From Mobula hypostoma (Eukaryota), in the NCBI RefSeq assembly GCF_963921235.1, contig NC_086097.1, positions 83,268,001 to 83,332,000 on the forward strand: DNA of 64,000 bases. Direction: 5' to 3'. The translations under genes were made by a program, and so were the position numbers. The notes under the pieces are model-generated. The model was not told the origin of the DNA, ran no database searches, and worked only from the letters and a program-made list of their open reading frames with translations. This document shows positions 13,463 to 25,052 of the stretch, piece by piece; positions within the stretch are counted from its first letter, which is position 1, and every line of letters starts with the position of its first letter.

Positions 13463-13713
13463 TGGTAACATAGTGGTTAGTACAACACTTTACAGTACAG
13501 GCAACCCAGGTTCAATTTCCATTAAGGAGTTTGTATGTTCTCCCAGTGACCACGTGGATTTCCTCTGGGGATTCCTCCTACATTCCAAAGACCTACTTGT
13601 TGGTTGGTTAATTGGTCATTGTAAATTGCCCTGTCGTTAGGCTAGCATTAAATTGTTGTGTTGCTGTGTGGCAGGGCCTGAAGGCCCTACTCCTTGCTGT
13701 ATCTCAATAAAAT
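13463..13713 (+). mobile_element. tRNA-derived V-SINE (HE1-like)
   Basis: A/B-box-like head (tggtaacatagtgg, ggttcaattt), V-domain GGAGTTTGTATGTTCTCCC..TCCAAAGAC..GGTTAATTGG, CR1-like tail ending (aataa)n. Confidence 0.8.
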
Positions 13714-14877
13714 AAAAAATATTTTTCTTGTCCTCATTCATCTCGCTCTATTTACATTGACTCCAGACAAGATTAGCTGTAATTAAGTAGCCTGTATGAC
13801 ATCTACTCACATTGTCTGTGTGTGCACCCAATCACAAACATTTCCCTTGTGATCCATATTCCTCCCTCTTGCCATGAAAGGTCATCGACCTGAAATATTA
13901 ATTATTGTTCCTTCTCCACAGATGTAGTCAAAACTGCTGAGTACTTTCAGCATTTTCTGTTTTTCTTTCAGGTTTCCACCATTTGAAAATGTTGGCTTTC
14001 AATTTAAGTGTGATATTTTGCATTGATACCTAAGTTTCTGAGTATTCATTAATTAATTAAATGTAAATGGCACCAAGTTGCCACTTAAATATCCTAATAA
14101 ATTAGTTAACTACAATACGTTTTTTTTAATTAAACTTCTAAAATGCTGTCAATTTGTGTTAGATCTGGAAATATTTTGTTTGGTAAAATGCTACTTTGAA
14201 CAGAAGTTTGATTTTAAGATGATCACTTTGAAACAAAAAAGGCAATTCCACCCAAACCAATAATTATTGGCTGCAGTGTTTGAATTTACCATGGCAATGA
14301 TGATGGTTAATACAACAATCTCAACAGTTATAATTATATGCCATTTAAAAAAAGATCTGTTTAAGCAACTGCAAATTTTATGAAGACCTTGAGGTCATAC
14401 AGCAGATTAAGAAGCATCTGTGGATCTGAAATATTAATTCTGATTCTAAAACCCTTCATCAGTACCGAGAGAATGTAGGGTGGGGGGGGGTGATATGGTT
14501 TTTTTTTGCCATTTCTGGTGAATGGTCTTTGACCTGACACGTTAACTCTGTTTTACTTTTCAAAGTTGCTAGCTGACCTGCTGATTACTTCTAGCATTTT
14601 ATTTTGTTGTTTTACATCTGCTGATTTTTTTGCTTCAAATTTATGTTGATGGATAAAACAATAATCAAGTTATATCCATTAACATAATATGTAATATTTA
14701 TTATTGACTTTATACAAAAAAAAATTCCTATCCAACTTCCAGAAAATGTGGGGCAAATGAAAAGATATTTCCAGATGAGACTGTGACTAATCAACCTTCT
14801 GGTCCTTAGGAGACATGCATTAATCTTTGTTGAGCAGCTGTATAACACATGGCTCTGTACTGTACAGGCTGTTCCCA

Positions 14878-14878
<1 letters not shown>

Positions 14879-14915
<37 letters not shown>

Positions 14916-15532
14916 CTCTCTCACGTTCTCACGCTCTCACGCTCTCATGCTCTCACTCTCTCACTCTCTCTCTCACTCTCTCTCTCTCACTCTCACTCTC
15001 TCACTCACTCTCTCTCACACTCACTCTCACACTCTCTCACACTCTCTCTCTCACTCTCTCACTCTCTCTCTCTCTCACTCACTCTCTCACTCTCTCTCTC
15101 ACTCTCTCACTCACTCACTCTCTCACACTCTCACACTCTCTCACACTCTCTCACACTCTCTCTCTCTCTCTCTCTCTCACTCTCTCACTCTCTCACTCTC
15201 TCACTCTCACTCTCTCTCTCTCTCTCTCTCACACTCTCTCACTCACACTCTCTCACACTCTCACACTCTCACACTCTCTCACACTCTCTCTCTCACTCTC
15301 TCTCTCACTCTCTCACTCTCTCTCTCTCTCTCACTCACTCTCTCACTCTCTCTCTCACTCTCTCACTCACTCTCTCTCTCACACTCTCACACTCTCACAC
15401 TCTCTCACACTCTCTCACACTCTCTCACACTCTCTCACACTCTCTCACACTCTCTCACACTCTCTCACACTCTCTCTCTCACTCTCTCTCTCACTCTCTC
15501 ACTCTCTCACTCTCTCACTCTCACTCTCACTC

Positions 15533-15576
<44 letters not shown>

Positions 15577-15600
15577 TCTCTCACTCACACTCACTCACAC
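14879..15600. repeat. Long compound (CA)n/(CT)n/(CACT)n microsatellite
   Basis: About 720 bp of almost exclusively CA/CT dinucleotides. Confidence 0.97.
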
Positions 15601-16185
15601 ATCGATGGCAACTACTAGAAAATCACAAACTCCGTGTAGGATGTGCTGTAGTCAAGCTGATGTTTACTGGTCTTCCAATGCTGCTAACTGTGAAGTACAG
15701 GACTTGTGCACTGAAGCTCAGTGCAACCAGAAGATCTATAAGGAAAGGTCATAAGATGGGTTCCTCCTACCAGTGCAAACTGAAGGACTGAGCCTACAAA
15801 AGTCATTGGTGTGTTAATGGTTGAGAATGAAAAATTGGCATAACATAAATATTGCAAGCAAATATGATACGCTTGGTACTGTAAACAACAGCAATGCCGA
15901 TTTCTGTTTTCCCTTTAAATGTGTTTTATGTATAAAGTACAATTTTGGGTAAAGGAGCTGGTGGGTGGACTGGAAGCTGAATGCTTGTTAGGCTACTGGC
16001 AGAATTAGCTTCAAGTATTTTCATGGGATTTTCTGCATCCACATCGCTAATGTCTCATTTAAAATGAAGTATTTCTTCAGAACATTTCTAGGTTGCCAGT
16101 TTGGGTAGCAAGAGTTTATCTTTGGCCATATCTGAAAGCCTTATGATGTGGAAGCCCAAATGCATCCAAGTAATATTCTTTCCCT

Positions 16186-16358
16186 TGCAACACACACAAA
16201 ATGCTGGAGGAATTTCAGCAGGCCAGGCAGCATCTATGGAAAGGAGTAAACATTTGATGTTTCTGGCTGAGACCCTTCATCAGGGTCTGCTGAATTCCTC
16301 TAGCATTTTGTCTGTGTTGCTTCAGATTTCCAGCATCTGTAGATTTTCTCTTGTTTGT
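16186..16358. mobile_element. Fold-back (inverted) PLE terminus
   Basis: gcaacacacacaaaatgctggaggaa..cttcatcagg followed by the reverse-complement arm ctgctgaattcctctagcattttgtctgtgttgc. Confidence 0.75.
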
Positions 16359-17114
16359 GATCCTTTCCCTTGTCTGGTCTTGATTTATGATACTCAATTA
16401 TAACTTTCTAGTGGAATGTATTCTAGTGATTTGTAAGTGATCTGGGCTAAATACGGGGTGTGAAAATACAGATCCAAGTCGAGTGGGATCGTGTACACAA
16501 AGCTAAATACCAAGAGTGCAGATGGTCTTTATGTTCATTAATAGCCACTTCAGTGAAATACAAATGAGGCCAATTTTTAAAAAGGAGGTTTATTGAAGAA
16601 CACAAACAATTTGCAGTCTTGATGAACTTTGTAAATTTTATATTTATATGAATGAATAGCATTGCATAGTTATTAACATTATATTTTTATTAGATGACCA
16701 TTCCTTCAATCTAGTGCTGTCCAATCCTTCAATCTTTTCAAAATGTGCTAGCTTTCTTGCAAACTATATGATGGATAAAATTTTGCTGTAGAATAGACAG
16801 TGCTTGCGACTGTCCAAGTAGAAATTTTACATCAACTTTCAACATCTACAAATGCTCAGTTAATTGCCAAAATCCGGAGATTCTCATCCAAGATGTTCTC
16901 CTGCTTCAAAACCTGGGCTATAATAGTTATCCTGCCAAAAGATGTAGCATTGAAAAGATATGAACAGTGTAACGTACAGTGCTTGTCTCTTGCATACGAA
17001 CCATTATTGCCAGAAAATGTTGAGGCTTGTCCGTCTTGATATACAGTAAGTATATCACCACTGGTACAAACAGTAAGTTTTATAAATGTGAAATGTAATT
17101 TTAATTTTACTTAT

Positions 17115-17400
17115 TTAGTGATACAGCCCACAGCAGGCCCTTCCAGCCCTTTGAACCACACCACCCCAGCAAGCCCCGAAAAACCTGATTAACCCTAGCC
17201 TAATGACTGGGCAATTTACAATGACCAATTCACTGAGCTGGTACATCTTTGTACTGTGGGAGGGAAAAGAGAGCACCCAGGGAAAACTCAACATTCCTTG
17301 GGGAGGACACACAAACTCCCTGCATATGGCATCGGAATTGAACTCTGGGACGCCCTGAGCTGCAATAGCGCCACACTATTTGCTGCACAGCCATGGCACC
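17115..17400 (-). mobile_element. V-SINE (HE1-like)
   Basis: Reverse complement of the 13463-13713 family (ggagtttgtgtgtcctcccc, aattggtcattgtaaattgccc). Confidence 0.8.
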
Positions 17401-17529
17401 CACGGATTTTATTCCTTAATAACTTACTTTTGGAGATTTTTACAAATAAATTCAGTTCATTCTTTTCCCTGGGAATTCTGTGCACTCACATTTTTGGAGT
17501 CTAATGACCTCGTAATATCGGAAATACAA

Positions 17530-17806
17530 TTTGTACAGATCAAGGTCCCACAAACAGTAGCGCTATGAATGATCAGATAAGCAGTTTTATTGAATGTTGG
17601 TTTGACAGTTAAGATGTCAGGAGCATCTCTTTCAGTGCTCTTTGAATGTGATATTGTAATCAGTTGCTGAAGCCTGGTCAGACACTTCTGAAAGACCAGC
17701 ATTCCCATACACTCTGCTGAGGTGAAAGTCTAAATTAAAAGCTCAAGCATTTTGGAGTGTGATTTGAACTCACAACTTCTGACCTGGCAACAGAACCAAA
17801 AGTGAC
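17530..17806 (-). mobile_element. Ancient DeuSINE-like remnant (SacSINE1/AmnSINE1-type)
   Basis: tcccacaaacag..aatgatcagataa..gctcaag..tggagtgtgatttgaactcacaacttctgac resembles the recalled Deu-domain and tRNA head in reverse orientation. Confidence 0.55.
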
Positions 17807-18654
17807 GCTGGATATTAATGCCAAATTGAGGATTCCTGGATAAATTTGATTACAGCTCTTATAATTTCAAACACTAAATAATAGTTCCAATCATATGAGC
17901 AATTAGCTCTCAAATCTGCTCCTTCCACCTTGATCGCCTGGATTTTCCCTTCCACCAGAGATCTTATTAATACAATTACTAAATAATTGTGTCTGAATGC
18001 ATTGATTATTTGCTTTGATTTAAATTATGAAATTTGGCTGTTTGGGAGTACAGTTAATTATCTGAAATTTGGATTCACAAGAGAAGTTTTATTAATTATA
18101 AATTTTACAAACATAAGGTACTTAACTATGTTATAACACTGTAACTTCCATACTGAGTGTTCCACTGCTTCCAAGTAGTGGCTGAAATCAGACTAAAGCA
18201 AGTACTAGGAATGATATTGCAACACATTATTGGAATGAATTAAGAAACTCTTTTGTTTAATTTGTTAAAAAATGGGCAGACATTGAAAACATTAGTATAG
18301 ATATTTCATAATATGTCTCCCTTATGTATTTATTTCAGAGGTCTTGCTTCTTAAATCCCAAATTATTCATCTTAGTCTTTTTAAAGAGAATGACAATGGT
18401 CTGCTTTCTTGGAACCAAGCATTAGATTGGAAAATTATGAGTCACCCTGAAAGTCACAATAGCATTTCTCACAGTTACCATAACTAGAGCGCAGTTTATT
18501 TATTGTAAATAATATGACTAAAGTTTCAAATACCACTTGCAAATTGGTTTCATTTATCTTGCTATTCTGGTGATAATTTGAAAGTTTTTTTGCTATTGTG
18601 CTCCCTAAACATAGGATAGTTGTACTTTGTTAATGTTTTTATATTTATGTAGTA

Positions 18655-19092
18655 CGAAGGGTGATTGATAAGTTTGTGGCCTAAGGTAGAAGGAGTCAGT
18701 TTTAGAAAACCTACCACATTTATTTTTCCTACATTTACACACTTAGTCCAGTGGCCGTGGAGCATACGGATCCCTTCTTTGTAGAAGTCGGCATCTTGGA
18801 CCTCCAGAAGTGGTCCACAGCAGGGGTGATTGAAAAGTTTGTGGCCTAAGGTAGAAGGAGGTGAGTTATACAGCTCTCGTTACATGCACGTGCAGTTCAA
18901 CTCTGCATGATTATGCAGAAAGTTTGAAGTTAATAACTCATTCTCCTTCTGCAAAGAAGGGATCTGTATGCCCTACAACCACTGGACTAAGTGTGTAAAT
19001 GTAGGAGGGGACTATGTTGAAAAATAAATGTGCTAGGTTTTCTAAAACAGACTCCTTCTACCATAGGCCACGAACTTATCAATCACCGCTCA
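18655..19092. mobile_element. Mariner-derived MITE with long inverted arms, TA TSD
   Basis: TA|CGAAGGGTGATTGATAAGTTTGTGGCCTA.. and ..TAGGCCACGAACTTATCAATCACCGCTCA|TA. Arms ~130 bp. The right arm encodes WTKCVNVGGDYVEK*, a mariner transposase C-terminus. Confidence 0.88.
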
Positions 19093-19202
19093 TATGGAGG
19101 TGATTCAGTTAAGAGATCCAAGACCCATCTAGGCTTTTTATGTAAATCACACTATAGTGCTGAGAAGTGGCAGTGATCTAGAGCTAAGCAGAAGACTACC
19201 TT

Positions 19203-19860
19203 CACACACAAAATGCTGGAGGAACTCAGCAGGCCAGGCAGCATCTATGGAAAAAAGCACAGTCGACGTTTGGGCCGAAACCCTTTGGCAGGATTGGAGA
19301 AAAAAAGCTGAGGAGTAGATTTGAAAGTTGGGGGGAGGGGAGAGAGAAACACCAGGAGGTAGGTGAAACTTGGAGGGGGAGGGATAAAGCAAAGAGCTGG
19401 GAAGTTGATTAGTGAAAGTGACAAAAGGCCATGGAAGAAAGAAAAAGGGGGAGGAGCACCCGAGAGAGGTGATGGGCGGCAAGGAAATAACCTGAGAGGG
19501 GGAAAAGGGGATGGGAAATGGTGAAGGGGAGGAAGGCAATACTGGAAGTTTGAGAAATCAATGTTCATGCCATCAGATTGGAGGCTACCCAAACAGAATA
19601 TAAGGTGCTGTTCTTCCAACCTAATTGTGGCCTTATCATAACAGTGGAGGAGGCCATGGATGGAGATATCGGAATGGGAAGTGGAATTAAAATGGGTAGC
19701 CAGTGGGAGATCCTACTTGTTCTGGTGGACAGAGCGTAGATGCTCAGCGAAGAGGTCTCCCAATCTACGCCAGTCCTCATCAATATGCAGGAGCCAAACT
19801 GGGAGCAACAAACACAGTCTATGACCCCAACAGACTCACAGGTGAAGAGTCGCCTCACGT
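19203..19860 (-). mobile_element. Penelope-like element 3' fragment
   Basis: FTCESVGVIDCVCCSQFG..; LEEQHLIFCLGSLQSDGMNIDF; same terminus as other copies. Confidence 0.88.
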
Positions 19861-20734
19861 AGATTGGGAGACAGGACAAGGCAAGACTATCGAGGCTCAA
19901 GTGATTGCTGAAGCTAGAATCTGGCCAATACACAAGTTACGGAGGAACTTCAGTATTCAGGCAGCATCTATGGAGAGAAATGGACAGTCAACGATTTGGG
20001 TCGAGACTCTTCATTGGGACTGAAAGATGGAGGTGAGTTGGCCAGTATGAAGAGGTGGGCCAAGAGCTGGCAAGTGATTAACTTGATACACATCTACATC
20101 AAATGATGAATCATTATTTCTCAGAGATTGTTGAATTACTTACATCCCAACTCCCTGTAGCTTTACATCCATCCACAAGCCACAGGGCAAGAATGTAGTG
20201 GAATACTCTCAACTTGCCTGAAGAAGTGTCATGCCAGCAAATCTCATGAAGCTTGGCACCATTCAGAGCAGAACAGTCTGATTATCACCCAACCATCTGC
20301 CTCAATATCAGCCGATTCCACAGTAGCACTGGAAAGACTGCAGCAGTTCAAAGTGTTTCACCACCATGTCTCGAAGATTAGTAAATATTGGCCTCGTCAA
20401 CAATGCCTGTGTCCCATAAATTACTTTTTTTTAACAATTATTTCATTGAGGTGAAACAAAACCATCTATTTGTAACTGTCTATATTTCAAACTCTAAGAA
20501 TTGTACTTTGAATATTAGTACACCCTTCAGAAAATAGGGTAATAATTACTGCAAACCTTCAGAATTCTCTTTGAAAGAAATCCAAAGTGCAGCTTGGCAG
20601 ACCTCTTTTTAACTATAGTGTTCTGTAGCTTTGACACACAGTTTTTGCTCACCCTCCTCTCACATTCTGGAGAGATTCCAGTGCAGCCACCTGGTCTACT
20701 TACCCGTGCCCATCTATAGCTGTCCATCAAATAG

Positions 20735-21015
20735 TGCTTTTCCATGCAACATGCAGGAGGTGCAACAACTTCCATTCATCTCTTCCGTTTGCATTATTCA
20801 AGGACAAAATTGTCTTTGCAAGTAAAGCAGTGATTCACTTGCACTTCTTGCAATCCCAATGTACTGGAGTGTTCACAACCATGGTCCCTTCTACACTGGA
20901 GAAGCTGGGCACAGTTTGGCCAATCCCTTTATCTGAGCACCTGAATTCAGTCCACAGGAGAGACTCTGGGTTTCTGGTTGCCTGCTGTTTTAATTCACCG
21001 CCCCTCAGCCACTCC
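20735..21015 (+). mobile_element. Degenerate older PLE fragment (Cys linker/GIY-YIG)
   Basis: tttccatgcaac..ggtgcaacaac..attcacttgcacttc..tctacactggaga..gagcacctg..tttaattc is colinear with PLE endonuclease DNA. Confidence 0.55.
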
Positions 21016-22067
21016 GGGCTTATAATTAGTAAATTAATTTTAAGATTGATGTACATATTGCCTCAATTTTCCTCAACTGGTCCCTTGCCATTTTTGAGAA
21101 CGTCCTGCCTCAAAATCCAAATAGTGGATCTTGGCTGGTCCAGATATATGGTCCAGAGACTTTGAATAATGTAAGTGATTGACATGAGTAGGCCTGAACA
21201 TGCTGCACATCCAAACACTTTGCTTTTGTCCTCGCTGTCTGTCAGAGGGGTCAAAGTTTTCTCATGCTTGACAGTGTCATTGTCATTTAGTTTTGTTGAG
21301 TAATCATATAAAATGAAACAATTTAATAAAAGAATTTTGATGATTCAAAAAATGTCAATATTTTAAAATATGTTAGTCATTGATCCAGAATGGTATACCT
21401 CTGGCACATGTGCCCAAGATGGCACGCACAAAAATTCTGTTGGCAAAGCGTATGCAGTGCCACCCCTTGATTCTTTAAATCCTTCCCATAATTTAAAAAA
21501 AGATACATAATGATTATCTTTACTGAGCAAGGAATGATTTTTCTCATCTAGAGAACAGTGATGTTTTTGCATAAGAGATTTCTCACACTGGTCTGTGCCA
21601 GCTAGACAGTTGTGAAAAGACATGATGTTAGACTGAAATCCTCACAGACCTGGTGCACACATCACGACTTGGATAGGAAACATTGGCCAGCTAGCATTGG
21701 CTTTACTCTGCTTGTATTTTTTCTTCTGTCATTTGTGAGTGAACACTGGATATTCAGTGATCTATTAATGGTTAATACTGTGTGTAGCTTAACACCTCCA
21801 TGAATAATTATATTTTCGCAGTGAACATTTTACTTATGTTAGTAAAACTATGTTATTAAATTTATCAATGAGGTATTTTTAAATTGTGTTTACACTTTTT
21901 TAGCTTGTTCAGAATGTCAGATATAGCAGCAAAGAAATAAAAACATTCAAATAATGGCAGATGCAGCCATTTTCAAGAGTGGTGGAGCAAAAGATTTGGC
22001 AAGATTAAAATGAGTAATGAAGTGTTATGCGTCTTTGTACTAAAACAGCACCTCCTCTGTAAATGGT

Positions 22068-24432
22068 CATAGAAAAGTACAGCACAGAAACAGGTCCATC
22101 GGCCCATCTAGCCCATGCTGAACCACTAAAACTGCTCAGTTGCATCAACCTGCATCCGGACAATACCCCTTCCATGCAGGTACCTATCCAAGTTTCTCTT
22201 AAATGTTGAAATCAAGCTTGTGTGCGCCACTTGTGCTGGCAGCTTGTTCCGTACTCTCACGACCCTCTGAGGGAAAAAGTTTTCCCACATGTTCCCCTTA
22301 AATATTTCACCTCTAGTTGTAGTCCCACCCAACCTCAGTAAGAAAAGCCTGCTTGCATTTTCCCTATCACTATCCCTCATAATTTTGTATGCCTTTATCA
22401 AATTTCCTCTCAATCTTCTACGTTCCGTGGAATAAAATACAAATCTATTCAATCTTTCTTATAACTCAGGTCCTCCAGTACGGGCAACATTCTTGTAAAT
22501 TTTCTCTGTACTCTGTCAATCTTATTTATATCTTTCCTGTAGAAAAATGACCAAAGCAGCACACAATACTCCAAATTAGGCCTCACCAACAACTAGTACA
22601 ACTTCAATATCTCAACCTCTGTATTCAATACTTTGACCTATGAAGGCCAAAGTACCAAAAGCTTTCTTTATGACCCTATCTATCTGTGATGCCACTTCCA
22701 ATGAATTATAGACCTGTATTCCCAGATCCCTTTTTTCTACCACACTCCTTAGTGCCCTACTGTTCACTGTGTAAGATCTACCCTAGTTGGTGCAAAACCT
22801 TACACTTGTCTGCATTAGATCCCATCTGCCATTTTTCAGCCTATGGGTCCAGATCCCACTACAAGCTCTGATGGTCTTACTCACTGTCCATTATACCCCC
22901 AATCTTGGTGCCATCTGCAAATGTGCTGATCCATTTAATCACATTATCATCCAGATGGTTGACATAAATGACAAACAACAACGGACCCAGCACTGACCCC
23001 TGCAGCATTCTACTAGTTACAGACATCCAGTCAGAGAGGCAATCACCTACTGCCACTCTCTGGCTTCTCCCACAAAGCTAATGTCTAATTCAATTTACTG
23101 TCTCATCTTGAATGCCAAGTGACTGAACCTTTCTGTCCAACCTCCCATGCTGGACCTTGTCAAATGCCTTGCTAATGTCCATGTAGACAACATCCACTGC
23201 CTTGCCTTCACCAACTTTCCTGGTACTTCCTCAACAAACTGTTATAAGATTGCTTAGACATGACCTACCACACACAAAGCCAGGATGTCTATCCCTCATC
23301 AGTCCTTGTCTATCAAAATACTCATATATCAGGTCCCTTAGAATACTGTCCAATTTTTTTTAGAGCCTTTCTTTAACTGTGGAATAACATTGGCTATCCA
23401 TCAATCCTGTGGTACCTCACCTGTTGCGAAGGATGATTTAAATATCTGTGCTAGGGGCCCCTGCAATTTCTACACTTGGCCTCCAACAGGGTCCAAAGGA
23501 ACACATTGTCAGGCCCTGGGGATTTGTGCACCTTAATTTTCCTCAAAGCAGCGAACACCTCCTCCTCTGTAATCTGTAAAGGGTCCATGACCTTGCTGCT
23601 GCTTTGCCTCACTTCTATAGACTCTGTTTCCATCTCCCAAGTAAATACAGATACAAAAAATCTATTTAAGGTCTCACCCATCTCTTTTGGTTCCACATAT
23701 AGATTACCTTTCTGATCTTCCAGAGGACTAATTTTGTCCCTTGCAATCCTTTTGCTCTAACATATCCATCCCTTAGGATTTTCCTTCACCTTGTGGTGCC
23801 TTCTTTTAACCCTCCTGATTTCTTAAGTGTTTTCTTGCATTTCTTGTACTCCATAAGCACCTTCCTGCCCATACCTGCTAGGCACCTCTTTATTTTAATT
23901 AACCAGGGTGTCAATATCTCTTGAAAACCAAGGTTCCCTGAACCAAATAATACCTTTTATTCTGAGAGGCACATACAAGCTTTGTACTCTCAAAATCTCA
24001 TTTTTGAAAGCCTCCTGATTACCAAGTACAGTACACCTTTGCCAGAAAACATCCTGTCCCAATCCACACTTTGCCAGATCATTTCTGACACCGTCAATAT
24101 TAGCCATTCTCCAATTTAGAATCTCAGCCCTCGGACCAGAGCTATGCTTTTGCATACTTTTGAAGCTGATAGCATTGTGATCGCTGGATGCAAAGTGTTC
24201 CCCTGCACAAACCTCCATCACCTGTTCTGTCTCATTCTCTAACAGGAAGTCAAGTATCGCACACTCTCTCTTTGGGACTTCTGTGTACTGATTAAGGAAA
24301 CTTTCCTGAACCCATTTGACAAACTCTACTCCATCTAATCCTTTTACAGTATGGGAGTCCCAGTCAATATGTGGAAAGTTAAAATTATTGTTTCTTTCAA
24401 CAATCTGTGATCTCTCTACAAATTAGTTCCTC
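22068..24432 (-). mobile_element. 5'-truncated CR1 LINE nested in the hAT element
   Basis: EHFASSDHNAISF, REPWFSRDI, KSPGPD, ERRRLRGNLIKAYKIMR; many stops and frameshifts. Confidence 0.9.
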
Positions 24433-24826
24433 TGAAAGCGGCATTATGAAACAGTTCACGAATGACTTTGCGATAAAAGTGAGCAAGAATGAAAAGAACA
24501 CATTTTGAGATATCATAAACACAAGAAATGCAGTCCAAAATTTTGATGGCATTTTCGGTAGTTCAAACTAGTTTTGAAGTTTCAAAAATTATTGCTCAGC
24601 ATGGAAAACCACTCAGTGATGGTGAATGTGTTAAAGGATCATGGCTCCTTTCCTTTTTGACAGTTTTGCAGAAGAAGAAAATGTTATTCAGCATTAATGT
24701 GAGCAGAAACACAGAAAAATATACGTTTGTAGACTATTAATGATGAGATCAAACACAGCAGAGCAACTAACAATATATATTAGTTCATGTAAATTTCTTT
24801 CCATTTATCGTGAGAGCACTGATGTT

Positions 24827-25052
24827 TATTTTCAATTTACTGTTTCACCTTGAAATGCCAAGTGATTGAACCTTCCTGACCAACTTTCCATGTGGGGCTT
24901 TGTCAACTGCTTTGCAAAAGTCCACATAGAAAACATTCACTGCCTTGCCTTCATCAACTTCCCTGGTAACTTCCTTGAAAAACGCTGTAAGTTTAGTTAG
25001 ACACAACTGACCACACACAAAGCCACGCTGACTATCCCTAATCAATTCCAAA
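24827..25052 (-). mobile_element. Internal CR1 RT fragment flanked by a 16-bp direct duplication
   Basis: LIRDSQRGFV..VDEGKAVNVFYVDFCKAVDKAPHGKLVRKV; TGAGAGCACTGATGTT at 24811-24826 and 25053-25068. Confidence 0.85.

Noticed and set aside
14827..15754. 263-aa and 301-aa ORFs
   Set aside because: They are translations of a CT/CA microsatellite (S/L/H/T low complexity).
16800..17050. Possible exon ending at a gtaagt donor
   Set aside because: Frames end in stops and the peptides are unrecognised on both strands.
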